Source of the DNA: Guillardia theta CCMP2712
Lineage: Eukaryota; Protista; Cryptophyta
Assembly: GCF_000315625.1 (NCBI RefSeq)
Contig: NW_005434657.1
Coordinates: 116,837-180,836 of the forward strand
DNA: 64,000 nucleotides
Reading direction: 5' to 3'
In this document: piece after piece, positions 25,601-39,608 of the stretch
Position numbering within the stretch: the stretch's first letter is position 1
How the letters are laid out: each line of letters begins with the position of its first letter
Program-made: the position numbers and the translations under genes
The notes under the pieces: generated by a model
What the model was told of the DNA's origin: nothing
What the model saw: only the letters and a program-made list of their open reading frames with translations
The model's database searches: none

Positions 25601-26669
25601 GCAGCCGCATCGCAGAGCTGACTGTCTCAACAGGATCGAGGAGGTTGGTGTTCACCAGCTGGTCCCGAGCTGCCGACAGCACAGACTCTAACTTGCAGAT
25701 CTGAAAAGGGAGCAGGCACTGATGAGAAGGAGAAAAAGAGAGGAGCAGGTTCGACAGCGGGCAGAGGGCAAACAAAGGAGTGCGAGGGAGGAGAGGTGAG
25801 GGTGGGGAAGGGGGGAGACACAGCAGCGCATGGCTGACCTTCTCTTCAGCCTTGGCTGCGCGATCCTCGGCTGCGGCCAGGAGGGACTGGAAGGAACGGG
25901 TAGCGTCCTCAGTGCTCTGGTCCGATGAGGCGAGCTTGGCACGGAGGATCCGGAGCTCCTCGGACTTGCTCGCCAGGCTCATCTTGGCGGCGTCTGCTGC
26001 CTCCTTGGCAGTGAAGACCTCATGCGCACAAGTTGCCCTGACATGCTCCAGCTGATACAGGAGCTCGTCGCTGCGATCCTGCTCGTCCTTGAGCTCTTTC
26101 CTGCACTCCAGCGCATCCTCGTGCGCCTTCTCCAGCGCCTGCAGCAGCTCGTGGATCTGAGAGGAGTAGTCGAGCGACATGTGGGAGGGCTCTGGCTTCC
26201 GCTCATTGTGCTGGGGTACCGACTGGAGCACCTGCTCCTCATTCATGGGATGGCTGCTGTGAAGGGACCGAAACGATCGCTCGGTGAGCTTGAACTTCAG
26301 TTCTCGGACCTCCGTCTCGAGCCGCTCTACTGCCCGCTGACTCTCGTTGGCGCTCCTGCGGTTCATTTCGCGAGCATGCTGTAGGTCGACCTCAGCCTGC
26401 TGGAGCTTGCTCTCAAGCTCTCGCACTCTCCCCTGCAGCTTCAGGTTCTCCTTGAGCGCCACCACCTCGATCGACCTGTCAGAATCTTCTGATCCGAAGG
26501 CTGTCGAGGGCCACGAGGTTGTTAGGGGGATCGAGCTGTAGCGCGAGGCCATGGCCAATGAGTGTGGTCTTGGAGGGTCTGCCTGTGGGCCCGTAGACCA
26601 GTCCCTTCTTCCTTGGACCTGCAAGGAACCGACCCTTCCTCCCTGATATCTGCTGTCCGATGGGTTCAT
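21914..26669 (-). CDS. Large multi-exon coiled-coil protein with a C-terminal dynein MTBD-like segment (apparent frameshift near 22283)
   Basis: Successive E/K/R/L-rich heptad ORFs (25515-26669, 25007-25432, 24579-24998, 23864-24646, 22987-23946, 22666-22890) linked by GT-AG introns. Confidence 0.8.
22531..22652. repeat. Intronic (TCA)n/(TCATCG)n microsatellite
   Basis: Seen directly. Confidence 0.95.
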
Positions 26670-26747
26670 CGAGACTGACGGTCACTCCCTTGAACCACAC
26701 ATCCTCCTCTAGCTCTAGCAGAGTTCTCTTGCTTGTTGCCTCAGAAA

Positions 26748-26934
<187 letters not shown>

Positions 26935-28214
26935 CTTCGCTCCCTCAAGCTGCTTCGCCACTTTGTGTTCTCATCCCGAGGATCCTCTTGGTTTACTCAA
27001 AGTTAAGTTAAAATCAGTACGAGGACAATCCTCTAGAAATAGCTGGGCCCTCATCCCACCGCTGACTCCGGACTCCGGGAGCAGTCCTGGGAGCAGTCCA
27101 GGGAGCAGTCGGTGGCAGGGAGTAAGTTACGGTATGGTGGATGGACAGGCCCTCCGAACGGAATGCAGTAGGATCTACAATCATGGAAGAAAGGGGGCAG
27201 CAAGACTCGACACCTTGAGCTGCTCTTCAGTCACGAAACTTCTTGAGAAGCCTTCATCAGCCTTCGGGGTGCTGGCAATCTTCGGAACTTGATCTCCCGG
27301 CATGGAGTATCTCCCACCTTGTTCATTGTCAAAAACAAGGTATTCCATCTTGTCAAAATCATGGTATTCCATCATGCCATTGTCAAAAACATGGTATCAA
27401 GTGGTGGAACGTATGCCAGCCGTGCCAGTCAGATAGCGCCGAGTTAACTTCTCCTGACGGTAAAGCAAGACATTCGGACTTACTAGCCGCGGCGTGGCAA
27501 GGCGGCGGATGTAGCGTGTGGGGCCGAAGAGGGGGCTTTCCTAACCGTCTTGCTAAGGTCCTCTCATGTCTGGATGCTTGGGTTTCACATCCTAGCATAC
27601 AGTCTATCTCTCATGTGCTCCTCAATACTGGTTTTTGTGTCACAGTGCATTAAACTCGGTCTTGAGCAAAAACTGTCTTGTTACACATTGAACTAAGGTC
27701 GATGTGATATCTGCGTGACTTTGGACTAGTACCCAAGTACCATCATTGTCGGCAAAAACTTTAAAACCGTGATGCCACGGTCACTGATCCCATCATTGTC
27801 AATAATGACAATAGAATAGCATCCCCCTCATACTCACCTGAGGGGGCCGTGGTCTCGAGTAGGTAGGGGGTGAAGTGAATACCGGTGTTTATTCGACATT
27901 CTCGGGTCGTAGAGGGGGTAGGGTTACCTTTCTGGGCAGTGGAGGAGTTAGTTTGACTCACCGGAAATGGAGTTGTGATAGAGCGCGACAGAGGAAGGGG
28001 GAGGAAGGGAAGGGAAGGGAAGGGAAGGGAAGAGATCATACAAGGAAAGAGAAGATAAGGGATCGGAGAAGAGAAGAGAAAGGAGGAAGAGAACAGAGTG
28101 CGAAGGACATGGGAGCAACGAGAGAGGAGGGGAGGAGTCCGGGAAGGGGAGATGCTAGACAGAGGAAGGAGTGCTGAGGACCGGAAGGAGGGGAAGAGGA
28201 TGTGAACAAATGTA

Positions 28215-28331
<117 letters not shown>

Positions 28332-28527
28332 ACGATGGAAAATAGACTCAAATTGTCAAGGAGTCCTGCTGGTCAACGAGAAGTGGAGGGCAGATGAGGG
28401 ATAGGTCACCTCACAACATACTATTTTTAACTGATAGAACAAATCGACCTCGTGGAAACGACGTGACTACCAGTCGCAACACTCGTTGACCTGCCTGCAG
28501 GCGACTCGTCCTCCCGCATTCAGGACC

Positions 28528-31314
28528 ATGGGAAGGGGAGGAGCGATCAAGAAACCAAAGATAAGGCGGTATGTGACCCTGCGGATGTTTCCGACCGGTG
28601 ATGACAAGCTCTGATAGTGATGCGAGTGGGAAATCCTTTCAAGATGCAGACGCAGCGCAAGAGTGAGATCAGTTCATATTCTCTTGTTGCATCTCCTCAC
28701 CATTTCTGCTCCTTCAAACAGGGAGCATCATGTCATGGAAATCGGGGACAAGTACTTTCAGCATGCGCTCGTCATGCGCGCTGAGAAGGATCTGCGTCCC
28801 TCGAGGTACTGCCTACGTGAAGGCACTTGACTTGAAGATTGATGATTCATCCAGCTCTTTGAAGAAAGTTTTCGGAATCGGCCCAAAGGTATTCCTCCCT
28901 CCTCCTCCCTCCTCCTCCTCCTCCTCCTCCTCCTTCTCCTCCTCCAAATTTCTCTCCTTCGCAAACACCACCATCTCATCGCTTTCCTCTCTAGGTCGGG
29001 TTGCTTCCGGGCTCGAAGATTCTGCACCCGTACTCCCCGTTCTCTCACAGCGTCTCATTCCTCTCCTCCTTGCTCCTCCTCTACACCTCCGTCTCCAGCG
29101 CATACAACGCAGGATTCTACTGGAAGGCCGACGGATGTTTCAAAACGTGATTTACATTGGTGCCCCTTTCCTTCCCTGTGCTGAGATCGCGCGCAGGCCA
29201 ACCCTGTACATGGACGCGTTTGTGGACACGTTCTTCCTGATTGAGATTGTCCTGAACTTCTTCACGGGAATCTACGTAGCCGGGGAGTACTGTGACGACC
29301 TGTACATAGTGTCAAGGAGGTACTTCCTCCAAGGGTTCTTCTTCGACCTCCTCACGTCGATCCCGGCGTCTTACTTTGAGGTAAAACATCCTCTGCCTTC
29401 TCCTCCTCCTCTGTCGTTGTCTCCCTCCCTCCACTTGCTGCTCTCCCCCCCCTCCCCCTCCCTCCCTCCCTCCCTCCCATCCCCCTCTCTTCCATCCTCC
29501 CTCCCTCCCTCCCTCCCAAGTAAAGACTTCACCGAACAACACACTCCTTCCTGCTCTGCGCTGATCTACACGTGCAGATCGCAACAGTGTCGGGATGCAA
29601 GGGGAAGGGCAGAACAGTGATCAGGCGATGAGGCTCCTCCGTCTCCTCAAGCCGATCCGCCTCCTCAAGATGCTGCGAACCTTCCGAGCGGTCAACATGC
29701 TGCAGTCGCAGCTGCCCCGAGGAAGCGAGCTCTACTCGTGGATCTCAGGAAAACTTCGGCTGCCGAGCTTCGTATCGAGGGTGATCAAGGTCATGCTGGT
29801 GATCGTGCTAGTCGAGCACGCCGCCGCCTCGCTCTTCTGGCTGGTGAAGGAGAACTCCAACACCTTCGAGCAAGTCCAGGCTTTCCTGATCGACAACAAC
29901 GTGCACACCTGTGACGAATACTACTCGTCGAGGTGCATGACTGACAAGTACATCGTCGTGAGTAGCTACCTGCCTTCCTGTCGCAGCCCTGCGAATCTGA
30001 TCTGTCTTGCAGGCGACTTACTTCGTCGTCATCACCTTCAACACGATCGGCTTCGGCGACATCTCAGCGGTCAACACGCAGGAGAGGCTCATGTGCATCC
30101 TCTTCTCCTACATCTCCGCCATGCTCTTTGGCGCCCTGCTGGCAGAAGTCCAGGAGGCGATGATGCAGGTCAATCAGCACGCGCGAGACAAGTCGTCGCT
30201 GCTCAACCGCCTGGGAGACTTCATGGAGTCTGCCAACCTCAGCCGCACCTTCCAGTTCAAGATCCTGTCCTGGGTTGACTTCGAGCATGACTCGGAGAGG
30301 GGCAGGGGGAAGGAGGAGGAGGTCCTGTCCCTCCTCTGCCCCAACCTCGCTTGCGACTTGAAGTTGTTCCTCCACTCCTCCATGTTCACCAGCATCAGCC
30401 ACTTCAACAACATCGTCGACGACAGGAGGGAACTGTTCATAGTCGCTCTGTGGGACCATCTTGCCTGCATGCTGTTCCCTGCCCTCTCCCGCATCGCTGA
30501 CTTCTCCAAGTCCAGGGAGGCGTGCGGCCTCTACTTTGTCACCAAGGGATCGGCCGTCGTCCTGCACGACAGCGGGGCTGTCATCTGCTCCGTTCCCCAT
30601 GGCTCCCACTACGGCGAGAATATCCTGATGGGGAAGGGGAACGGGCCCGAGGGTCTCGAGCTCTGGTCGGTTACCAACGTCGAGACTCTCTTCCTCTCCC
30701 GCGACAGCTTCCAAGAAGTCGTCAAGACCTTCGGCGGGCTCATTGCCGAGCAGTTCGGCGTGCAGCCGGAACAAGGAGGAGAAGGAGAAGCAGGAGGAGT
30801 GGGGGCGATACAGGACGAGAGCACGCATTTCTCCAGCCAGGTCCCTGCCCACGTCCTCCTCCGCTGGGGGGAGCTGGCGACGAGGCTGATGAGGACCGAG
30901 CATTTGCGGGAGAAGGCGGAGGGAGGAGGAGCAGACAAGAATATCAGTGAGATCCGCCAGTTCAGCGCCGCCGTTGCCAAGTGCCTGTCACCCTCCAGCT
31001 CCTTCAAGGATCAGGCAGAAATCTCCCCAATAGCAGCGGAGGAGGAGCCCAGCCAGCTCGCGAGTATCTCGGTAATCGGGGAGGTCAACGAGACGGAGGG
31101 GATGGCAGTGGAGCAGGCAGCTGGCGTCTTGCTGAGAGGGCCGACGCTCGTCGAGCAGAAGAAGAAGCTGAGGGGCCTGATCAAGTCTTCCCCAGCTGTG
31201 TCCGAGCTGCTGCTGCGGGTGCGCGGGCTGGTGGCGCGTGCGGAGAAGATCTCCAAGGACGTGCATGAGATGGAGGGAGGGAATGTGCTGAGCTTCCCGA
31301 CACCGCGTGTCTGA
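28528..31314 (+). CDS. Voltage-gated K+ channel of the CNBD (KCNH/HCN/plant Shaker-like) superfamily
   Basis: ILHPYSPF before S1; VDTFFLIEIVLNFFTG (S2); FFFDLLTSIP (S3); RLLRLLKPIRLLKMLR (S4); pore YFVVITFNTIGFGDI; C-linker and CNBD LYFVTKGSA...GSHYGE. Start uncertain. Confidence 0.88.
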
Positions 31315-31315
31315 G

Positions 31316-31350
<35 letters not shown>

Positions 31351-31723
31351 TGTGGACGTGGACGTGGACGTGGAGGAGGAGGAGGACGTGGAGGAGGAGG
31401 AGGAGGAGGAGGAGGACGTGGAGGAGGAGGAGGAGGAGGAGGACGTGGAGGAGGAGGAGGAGGCCTGAGCGGAGGGTTCGATGATTTGTTGGTTTACCTT
31501 TTCTGTGTAATTGTTTAATTCCATCTTTTAGTAATTTAGTCTCATGAAATCCTTTGACGGAATCATCCAGCTCCTCCACAGCTCGCACCCTCGTCCCTCC
31601 TCTTTCTCTTCCTCCCCGTCCTCTCCCCCACTGTTCTCTACTTCTCTTCCTCTCCTTCTCTTCCCCTCCTCAACAACCTCCTCCTCCTACTCTTCTCTTC
31701 CTCTGTCTTCTCCTTCTCCTTCA

Positions 31724-34700
31724 TCATCCGTATTTCTGCACAGAGGCATTCAGCTTGTCTGCCTCGCTGATCGCCGCAAACACATCTCGCTGGATCGCGT
31801 CTACAACTTCGAACATGGACAACTGAGGTGAAGTCAGCTAGGGAGCCCCGAGAGCACCAGCATCGCTCACGCTCGTCTCCGCAAGCCTCGAGCGGTTCAG
31901 CTCGCTCCTGCTCCTCTCTATCGCCAGCGACTTGGCGATGGTCATCATTTCCATCTGCCCGTCTTGCCGTCATGCTCCCTCCCTCTTCCTCTCCTCGTGC
32001 TCACTTGGTACTTGTCTCGATCCGACATCGCTAGGATGTAATCGTGCGTCTTGCTCTTGGCGAACTCGCTAGGATCACGTGACAACCAGTCCCCCAAGAG
32101 GAGCCCAGCTGACCTGCTCGCCGACATCTCCCACTGCAGCCTCTCAGTCTTGCTGGCCGCGCTTGACAGGCCGGTCAAAATCTCCTCAACGGTTTCCTCC
32201 AGCTTGCTGATCATCTGAACGATCCCGGGTCAAAGTCACTCAGGTCAACAGTGACGAGTCAAACTTGAGCCATCTCCCCGTTGTCTAGCGGCGGTGATGA
32301 CGTCATCTTCGTCTGCTGCAGGCCGACAAGTCAGCAGAAACCTGACCGACAGAGCAGACGTCACATCGATCTTCGAGAGCGAGCAGTCGAGCCCAGCAGG
32401 CCCCCTGGTGCTCTGACAGGAGACGTCAGAGATGTTCGTGCTCTGCTCTGCCTCTCCGACCCACCAGCACCTCCTGGTACGTCAACTCCGCCCATGACCG
32501 CGTGAGTTCGTTCTGCATGCTCCGCATGTTGGAAGTCAAGACCTCACTGCAGGTGCTCATGAGTGGATAGGAAGGAAGAGGAAGAGGAAGAGGAAGAGGA
32601 AGAGGAAGAGGAAGAGGGAGAGGGAGAGGGAGAGGGAGAGGGAGAGGGAGAGGGAGAGGGAGAGAGAGGGAGAGGGAGAGGGAGAGGGAGAGGGAGAGGG
32701 AGAGGGAGAGGGAGAGGATAGCAAGAAGAAAGGGCATGATGTTTTCTCTCACTTCTTTGCAACGGCCAAGCGAAAGTCATTGACGAGGCACTGCATCATC
32801 GTCCTGCTTGCATTAAGCTTTTCCTCTGTGTCCTGTCAAAAGCATCAGGGGGAGGAAGAGGAGGAAGACGAGAAGCAGAAGCAGGAGGATTAGCAGAAGC
32901 AGGAGCTATTGAAGGAGGAGGATCAGAGTGAGATTAAGGGGATGTAAGTGGCGAAGAAACATCATGTACTTTTAGACTTGTTTCCATCTCAACATTTCGA
33001 GTTTGAAGTTGTTCGATGAGTTTGAGTGAGGAGTTTTCTTTCGCCTGTCTCACATTGTCACGGACATCTAGGGATATCGCACTGACCTTCAGCTCCTCTT
33101 GTGCTTGTAACAAACATCTCGTCTTGCTCTCAGTTGTAGTTCTGAGCATCGACGCTATCATCCTGTACTGCAACGCCTCTGAACACGAGAGCATCCTCTT
33201 CATACAGAATGCCCATCTCCTCCTTATGTTCCTCTTCAGCGACCTGCTCAACCTCAGACACTCCCTTGCAGACGTTGCCAACCCACGCTCTCATAACAGC
33301 GACAGTCTCCGACAATGATGAAACCTTCTCTTGGTACTGACAGCAGGTATTACCGTCCTCACAACCTCGAGTTGCTCCTTGCAACCTTTGTGAACTCGAT
33401 CTGAACCTTCTCGAGGAGTTTCACGTGGGAGATTTTCTGGCTGTTTGTCGAGAAGACATCTGTTGGTCTGTCCCTGCTCGCCATGCTCAGCTACTGAGAC
33501 AACCGGAGAGCCTCCGCACATGGCAAGTTTTGAGATCAGGTCCCAGGTCTGGTTGATCAGTTGGCTGTTGGCCTGTTTGGCGTCCTTCCTCTCCCTCCAC
33601 GGAAATCAGAGCAGAACGAGTGGCACTTACTGCTGTTGTCATACCTTGCGATGTTGTGAATCTCGGCCTCCAGGAGCTGATAGGAGAGGCTCTTGTGAAA
33701 CGACTAGTGCGATTGCAATATCAATCTCTCACCTCCTTCTCCACCTTTGCGGATTTCAACGCGCTGAGTCACGGATAGGTCAGATGAGCAAGTCAGAACT
33801 CTCAACGGCCCCCAAGACCTCGTCAGGTTCTCGTTTTGCCGCTTCTCCGCAAGCAGCTGATTCGACAGCTCTGACAGGCATCGTCACTGAGGCAGGAAGA
33901 CAGCCCAACTGTTCACTACCAGCGAGCTGAAAGTCCAGTCTCGACCGTTCCTGCTTCTCTTGCTTCAGCTGGCCACACACGTCAGCAGACTCGTCGTGCT
34001 CCTCCCGCCTTGTCAAAACCTTAGTTGACAACTCTTCTTGCGAGCTTGTCAGACTCTGCAGGCTCCCCTCATGTATTGTCTTTGCGCTTCCTCGTCTGTC
34101 AGCTCTAGAGCCCGCTTCACGCCACCCCAGCTGCTCACCTTTGAAGGCTCTGGTTCTCTTTCTTCAGGTCCTCCAACTTCCCCCTGAGTTCCACCTGATG
34201 CCAGCACGTCAACAGCTGGAGAAGAGACGAGTCAAGGCTACCAGGGTGCCCTTGCACGTTGTCAGCTCCTGAAGAGAAGTCTCGTGGATCTTTCTCAGGT
34301 CGTTGGCTTCCTGCTTCAACCTGTCGTTGTACTGTTTGAACCCTTCCACGTCCCGAGCAGACTAGGAAGCCTGAAGTTAGGCTGCGCCAGAAGTTCGACA
34401 TGAATCACTTTCTCGAGAGTTTCTATCTGGTGAAGACAATCTTCAAAGGACGCGGCCTTCTTGGAGAGCTCCTGATTGACAAATCATCATGACATGTCCA
34501 GTTGCGACACGATACGACAAAAGAGAGCATTGCAGTGCAGTGCAGGACGAGACGAGACGAGACAAGACAACGCAAGATAAGGCAAGGAAACGTAAGAACT
34601 CACTTCTTGATGTTTCGCTCGCTCAACTTCCCATTCTTGCTCCTTCATCTCTACACGTCTGAGGCAAATCGGTCACATTGTCATAAGAATTGAAGTGTAA

Positions 34701-35880
34701 AGCAAGACCGCAGCTCCTCTTTCGCAAACTCGGAGCTCTGCCAGGGAAGTCATGACCCAACAACATCTCAGGTTCGTGTTTACCTGCTTGTACTCTTCCA
34801 GCTCGGCCCTCAACGACCTGTTGGTCAGTAGGATCTCTGTCTTTGTCTTCTGAGTGAACTGCAGTTTCTCATTGTGTTCCTTAAGCTGCTTCTGCAAGCT
34901 GCATTGAAGATGTAAAGGATACAAAGGATTGACATTTACGTGCCTGTCAATATCCAGTTTGTATCGCGCCAGCTGTTCCTCCAGGAGCTACACGATGTCT
35001 CAATCAACTTCCATCCGTCCTCACATAATCTCAGTCACCGCCCCTCGACGCTTAATCTTGTCGCATTTTATCTTCTCCTTCCAAACCTCCTGCACCTCTT
35101 TTCACAACTGATTGTCAATAGCACAAGACAAGAACCTGGAGCAGCGGAAGGTCGCTCCGCATGGATCTCATGACGGCCTCCATCTCATGATTCACCTGCC
35201 ATGTTTCACCTCAGAACTCGTCGGTGAGTGACTGAGCGCTTCTTGGACGCACCACTGTCGTGTAACTGAGGATGGTACTGCACTTGTGAAGGCATTCCTA
35301 CGAGCGAGTCAGCCAACACGCGGCCATGGCATGGGAGCACGACCGCTATCTCCTTCCTGTATCTCCTGCAGGACTCGCAGTCTCCGTCGTACTCCTGCTG
35401 GTACTTGCCGCGTTTGGGAGAAGAGAGGAGGGCGTCGAAGGTGACAGATTTCAGAACATTCAAGGCTTCGTCATTCTCGCTATCGGTCTCCGAGGCTTTC
35501 CTCCTAGTGGCTGCAAGGTACGACCGAGCTCGATCGCGCTTCAGGGCACTCATCCCAGACAGCTAACGAGTAAGAGGTGAGACGATACCGCCTTTCCTCC
35601 TTCCCTCCGCTAGCCGGGCCCGTCGTTATGCTCCTGCCCCTCCTGCAGGCTTCCGAGTTCCCTTCCTCCAACTTTCCCGCTAGTCTCCTACCTTCCTCAA
35701 CTTCGTACACTTGCTCTTGACGATCTCCTTCCCCTCTCAGCATCTCTCCCCCCCTCCCTCCTCCCCTTCCCCCACCTGGACTGCCCTTCGATCCGCATTT
35801 TTGACAACCAATCCTTTCCCCCTTCCGTCTGGTCTCATCCCCCTCATACTCAAACTCATCCCCCTCATCTTCAGTGTCAT
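31724..35880 (-). CDS. Large multi-exon coiled-coil protein
   Basis: Many short minus-strand exons with heptad character (QLKEHNEKLQFTQKTKTEILLTNRSLRAELEEYKQ; VELRGKLEDLKKENQSLQR; LLQAQEELKVSA). Ends approximate. Confidence 0.6.
32572..32716. repeat. Intronic (GAAGAG)n-(GAGAGG)n compound microsatellite
   Basis: Seen directly. Confidence 0.95.
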
Positions 35881-35904
35881 CGCCCTCACCGCTTTCTAAA
35901 GGAA

Positions 35905-36180
35905 AGGTAACGTGTTTGTAACGGAATCCACGATGCAGAAACGGTAATTGTAACGGTAGAGTCTACGCAGGGAGGGCGGGAAACGTGTCAAGAGGGGTCT
36001 TTGGTTGGGCTGTTGATGTGAGGTGAGGGTGGGGTACTTCACATGGGGGGAAGGGGTACAAATAGACAGGGTGTATTACACCTCAAGAGGGGTATTTCCA
36101 GGGTTCTGTGGTACAAGGAGGATGGTAGGGGTATACTTCCTTTTCTATCAAGTGGGGTAGTGTAGGGGTGACGCCCTAGT
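35905..36180. promoter_or_regulatory. Divergent promoter region with TAACGG and GGGGTA clusters
   Basis: TAACGG at 35919 and 35951, AAACGG at 35939; GGGGTA at ~36031, 36053, 36089, 36128 and 36154. Confidence 0.45.
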
Positions 36181-36591
36181 CTTTGACTTTTTTTTTCTGA
36201 ATAATTATCTTATCTAAAATTATCTCGTCTTTTGTACCAGGACATGTTTTCTTGTACAATTACCACAAAACTATTAGTACTGAGATCGCTGAAAATTGAT
36301 TAACAATCTGTACCACAACTTAATATGCTATTGGTTTCTGGTACAAAAATTATATATTCATGTAGAGATCGTGGATGTAGCAGAGACTGATGATGGGGAT
36401 CAGGCAGGAGGCCCGAGGTTGCAGGACTCATGGTTGAGAGAGAGCGAGAGAGAGCGAGAGAGAGCAGGAGACTTGCGTGAGTAGAGAGCGAGAGCAGGAG
36501 AGAGGAACGAGGAGAGTGAAGAGAAGCTGGGGCTGGTAGAGCAGATCAGGAGAACGTGTCGGATAAGGTAGCAAGGTTGTGCTAAGAAAAT

Positions 36592-37210
36592 ATGGAGGAC
36601 GCATTAGGACTGTCGTCCAAGGATTTGGACAGGACAGGAGAAAGTGCAGGTCTGGTAGATGTGTCATGCGAACATTTCTTCACGGACTCGCTCGCTCCTG
36701 TAAGAGCCGCGAAGAGCCGGGCGACGGTTTCGAAGAAAGAGAGGAAATCGCCGCAGAACTCCAAGAAGAAGCAAGGTTGGGTGAGTTCATGCCCTTCAGA
36801 CGCCAACACCACAGTGGGACGAGGAATCTGCAAGAAGAAGGCCTGTGGTCAAAGCTTGAAGATCTCAAGAAAGCAGAAGCAGCCGAAAACATCGTCACTG
36901 TCGCACTCCAAGAGCAATGACAGCACTATCGGATCAAAGTGCTACGGGCTTGACTCCCTCGCTTACTTTGCGACTCTCATCGCAGACGCAGCAGAGGCAA
37001 AGAATCCAGAAACGTTTGATTTCTCCTCACCGAGAATTCCATCCGAGTCGCTCCCCGGCGACAAATGCGGAGGAGAGTTCTCCGAAGACGAGGACGCAGC
37101 GGGGCTGGAGGACGAGTCTCCCATTTCCTTCTGTCTGCCTCCTCTCCTTCCCCAATTGATTATTTAGGTACAAGGTGTATCTTCCAGAGTGAGTTCTCGA
37201 GCAGGGCTGA
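36592..37210 (+). CDS. Small basic/acidic hypothetical protein, possibly nuclear
   Basis: 191-aa ORF with Lys-rich stretches, LDSLAYFATL motif and acidic tail; 3' end uncertain. Confidence 0.4.
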
Positions 37211-37297
37211 TCCTCCGCTGCTCAAAGTGGTGCAAATTCGTGGTAGAGCTGCGCTTGTTGTGGTTCTTGTGTAATGAAAGCTCGAAAAAATCCTTCC

Positions 37298-39608
37298 TTA
37301 CAGTTCATCATGTCCGGTCAACTTGTCCGTCTGCGGAGATTGACTACCTGCTGCCTTCTGATTGTCCTCCTCCTGGAAGCAAAGGGTGATGAGTTCCTGC
37401 ATGGACCATCCAACAAAGTCAAGCTACCTCCTTCAATTTGGCGATTCTCTCAGCTTTCTTCTTGGCTCTCTCAGCCCCCACTCTCTCGTCTCGCTCCTTT
37501 ATCTGGACCAAGTACGCTTTCCGCTGCTCGTCATCGAGGTGCGGAGTATCGTTCGGGAATTCGAACTTGATGCTCGCCACCTCTTGCGCCCACAACATGA
37601 TCGGTCGAACCTGACAAGAGACTTATGAGCGATGGCGAGAATGAGGGAGAATCCCAAACCTTCGCCTTCCCATGGAACATCTTGTGGGGGGGTGACTTGT
37701 CACGCGCAGGAAACATGACGATCGACGGCAGACTGTCCAGCTCCAAGGAGTCTGGAAGCTGATTTCTCGAAAGATCGTACCTGCCGATCTTCAAAGAGGA
37801 TCAGGCTACTAGCGAAGAGGATCGAAACCAATGTACTCTCACCTTGAGAGTATCGATCTTCAAGGCACGAAATCTCTCCACCGTCTTCTTCCAATACGGC
37901 CAGAAGTCTCTTGTAACCTGCCGGGAGCATGAACTTACAAGGGAAGGAAAGAGGATCAGCTCACTTGTGCCGATGCCGAATAGAACAAAACCATCACATC
38001 AAAGAATTCATCCATGCTAATCGTGTCGGCAGTCAAAACACTCTTGAGAATGTCAGGGAACCCACCAGATCTGATTAAAGTTCTTCCTTGTGATCTCGAT
38101 GAGCCCCACTGCCCCGTCCTTCTCTGCTTGTTGTTGTGCAGCCTTGACCTTCAGGAACAGGCAAGGCTTCAGAGACGAACATACACACACTGTTGCAAGA
38201 GAACCTCTTCATCTGTTGCAGATGCCTGGGAAGGCTGCAGCCTACCTGTGAGAAACCCTTCCACATGCTCTTTGATGTTCCTCTGATCCAACTTCTTCCA
38301 CGAAGGGAAGGGATAGAGCGCCCCTGTCAGAGTATTGAAAGCCATGGCTGGGAGCAAGTCGTCGGTCAGGCCCAAGGCGATCTTCCTCGTCGCGTGCAAC
38401 CGCCCATCGAGGTACCCGAAGCTGACCTTCCCTTGGTAGAAACGAGCGACAGCTTTGAAGTCTTTCAGGACAGCAGAGTTGTCCGCTGTCTTGTTAACGA
38501 AAAGAAGGAGCATCGGTATCCTGAGGCTTTCATAGTATGCGAAGTTGGTGCCGGTGACCTCGTCAACTAGCCGGACGGTCCTCTTTGAGATCCACTCTTG
38601 AACGCTCATGTCAGCAAGTTCCGTGACCACGACGGAGTCAAGATCGCGGTCGTGGAGGTCAAAATTTCGGAAGACGACGATGGCCGGAGCTTTCTTGAAC
38701 CACTTCTCACCCTCGAAGTGAGAGCTAATGGCCTTCGCCTTGACGGTTGCGAAGTAGACGTTGTTGGAGAAGCGAAGACTCTCTGCTGCCTCTCTGAACT
38801 CCTCTTCCTCATCCTCGTACCCGTCAGCCTTGGAGAAGAACGATATGACACTGACATTGTGCTTGATTGAGAAGTCTTGAACCTCCTCCACGCTTGTCAG
38901 TGTTGTCACTGTGTTCGCAAGCAGCTTGTTGGCGTACGAGACGAAGGCGGAAGGCGAGTGATAGCCCTTGTACAGGCCTTTGTCCTTGCAATTCTCCACA
39001 ACTTTCACTGCTGGCATCGTAGAGATCCCCATGTCCCGAGAGAAATCTTTCTCCACATCCACGTCGACCCTTGCTAGGGGTATGCCCAGCTCATCGAGCT
39101 GAGGAGTCGCCCACTTGTAGGCCGGCTCGAAGTCGACACAGTGACGGCATGACCGGGCGGTGAAGGCAACCAGCATGATCGGATGCTTCTTGCACTTGGA
39201 CTTGAACGTCTTGGCAGTCATATTGAAGCTTCCTCCCCAGAACGGATACGGGGGTTCCTGGCAGACCATGTTCTCCGCCTTGCAACCATACACCGCATCT
39301 TCAAGAAAGCCCTTGCATCTACAGATGCACCCTTCCCTGCTCCTCTCCTTGCACCAGTCATCGCAGTCCATGTCTCTGCTGCATTGCTCCTCATCCTCCC
39401 TGCTCACTTTGATCCTCTGGACTAGCGGATCTTTCAACCGATCCTCCCTGCTCAGCCCACCGAGGAAACCATCCATGTCTCCTGCAGCTGAAGCAGAGTC
39501 TTCTCCAGGGCGACCTCCTCCTCCTCCTCTTCCTACTCTGCCCTCGTTGCTGCTTCCGCCGGCAGCCAGGCAGCATGCCAGGCACAGAACAGCCAGCAAC
39601 TTCGCCAT
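37298..39608 (-). CDS. Protein disulfide isomerase family (a-b-b'-a'), ER-retained
   Basis: Signal MAKLLAVLCLACCLAAG; thioredoxin a domain LVAFTARSCRHC..FEPAY...LARVD...MPAV; b and b' domains; spliced C-terminus ...TDKLTGHDEL*. Confidence 0.9.

Noticed and set aside
27181-27760. Short minus-strand ORFs with a small TTGTCAAAA..ATGGTAT repeat
   Set aside because: Could be a gene relic, but no consistent exon chain or family could be established
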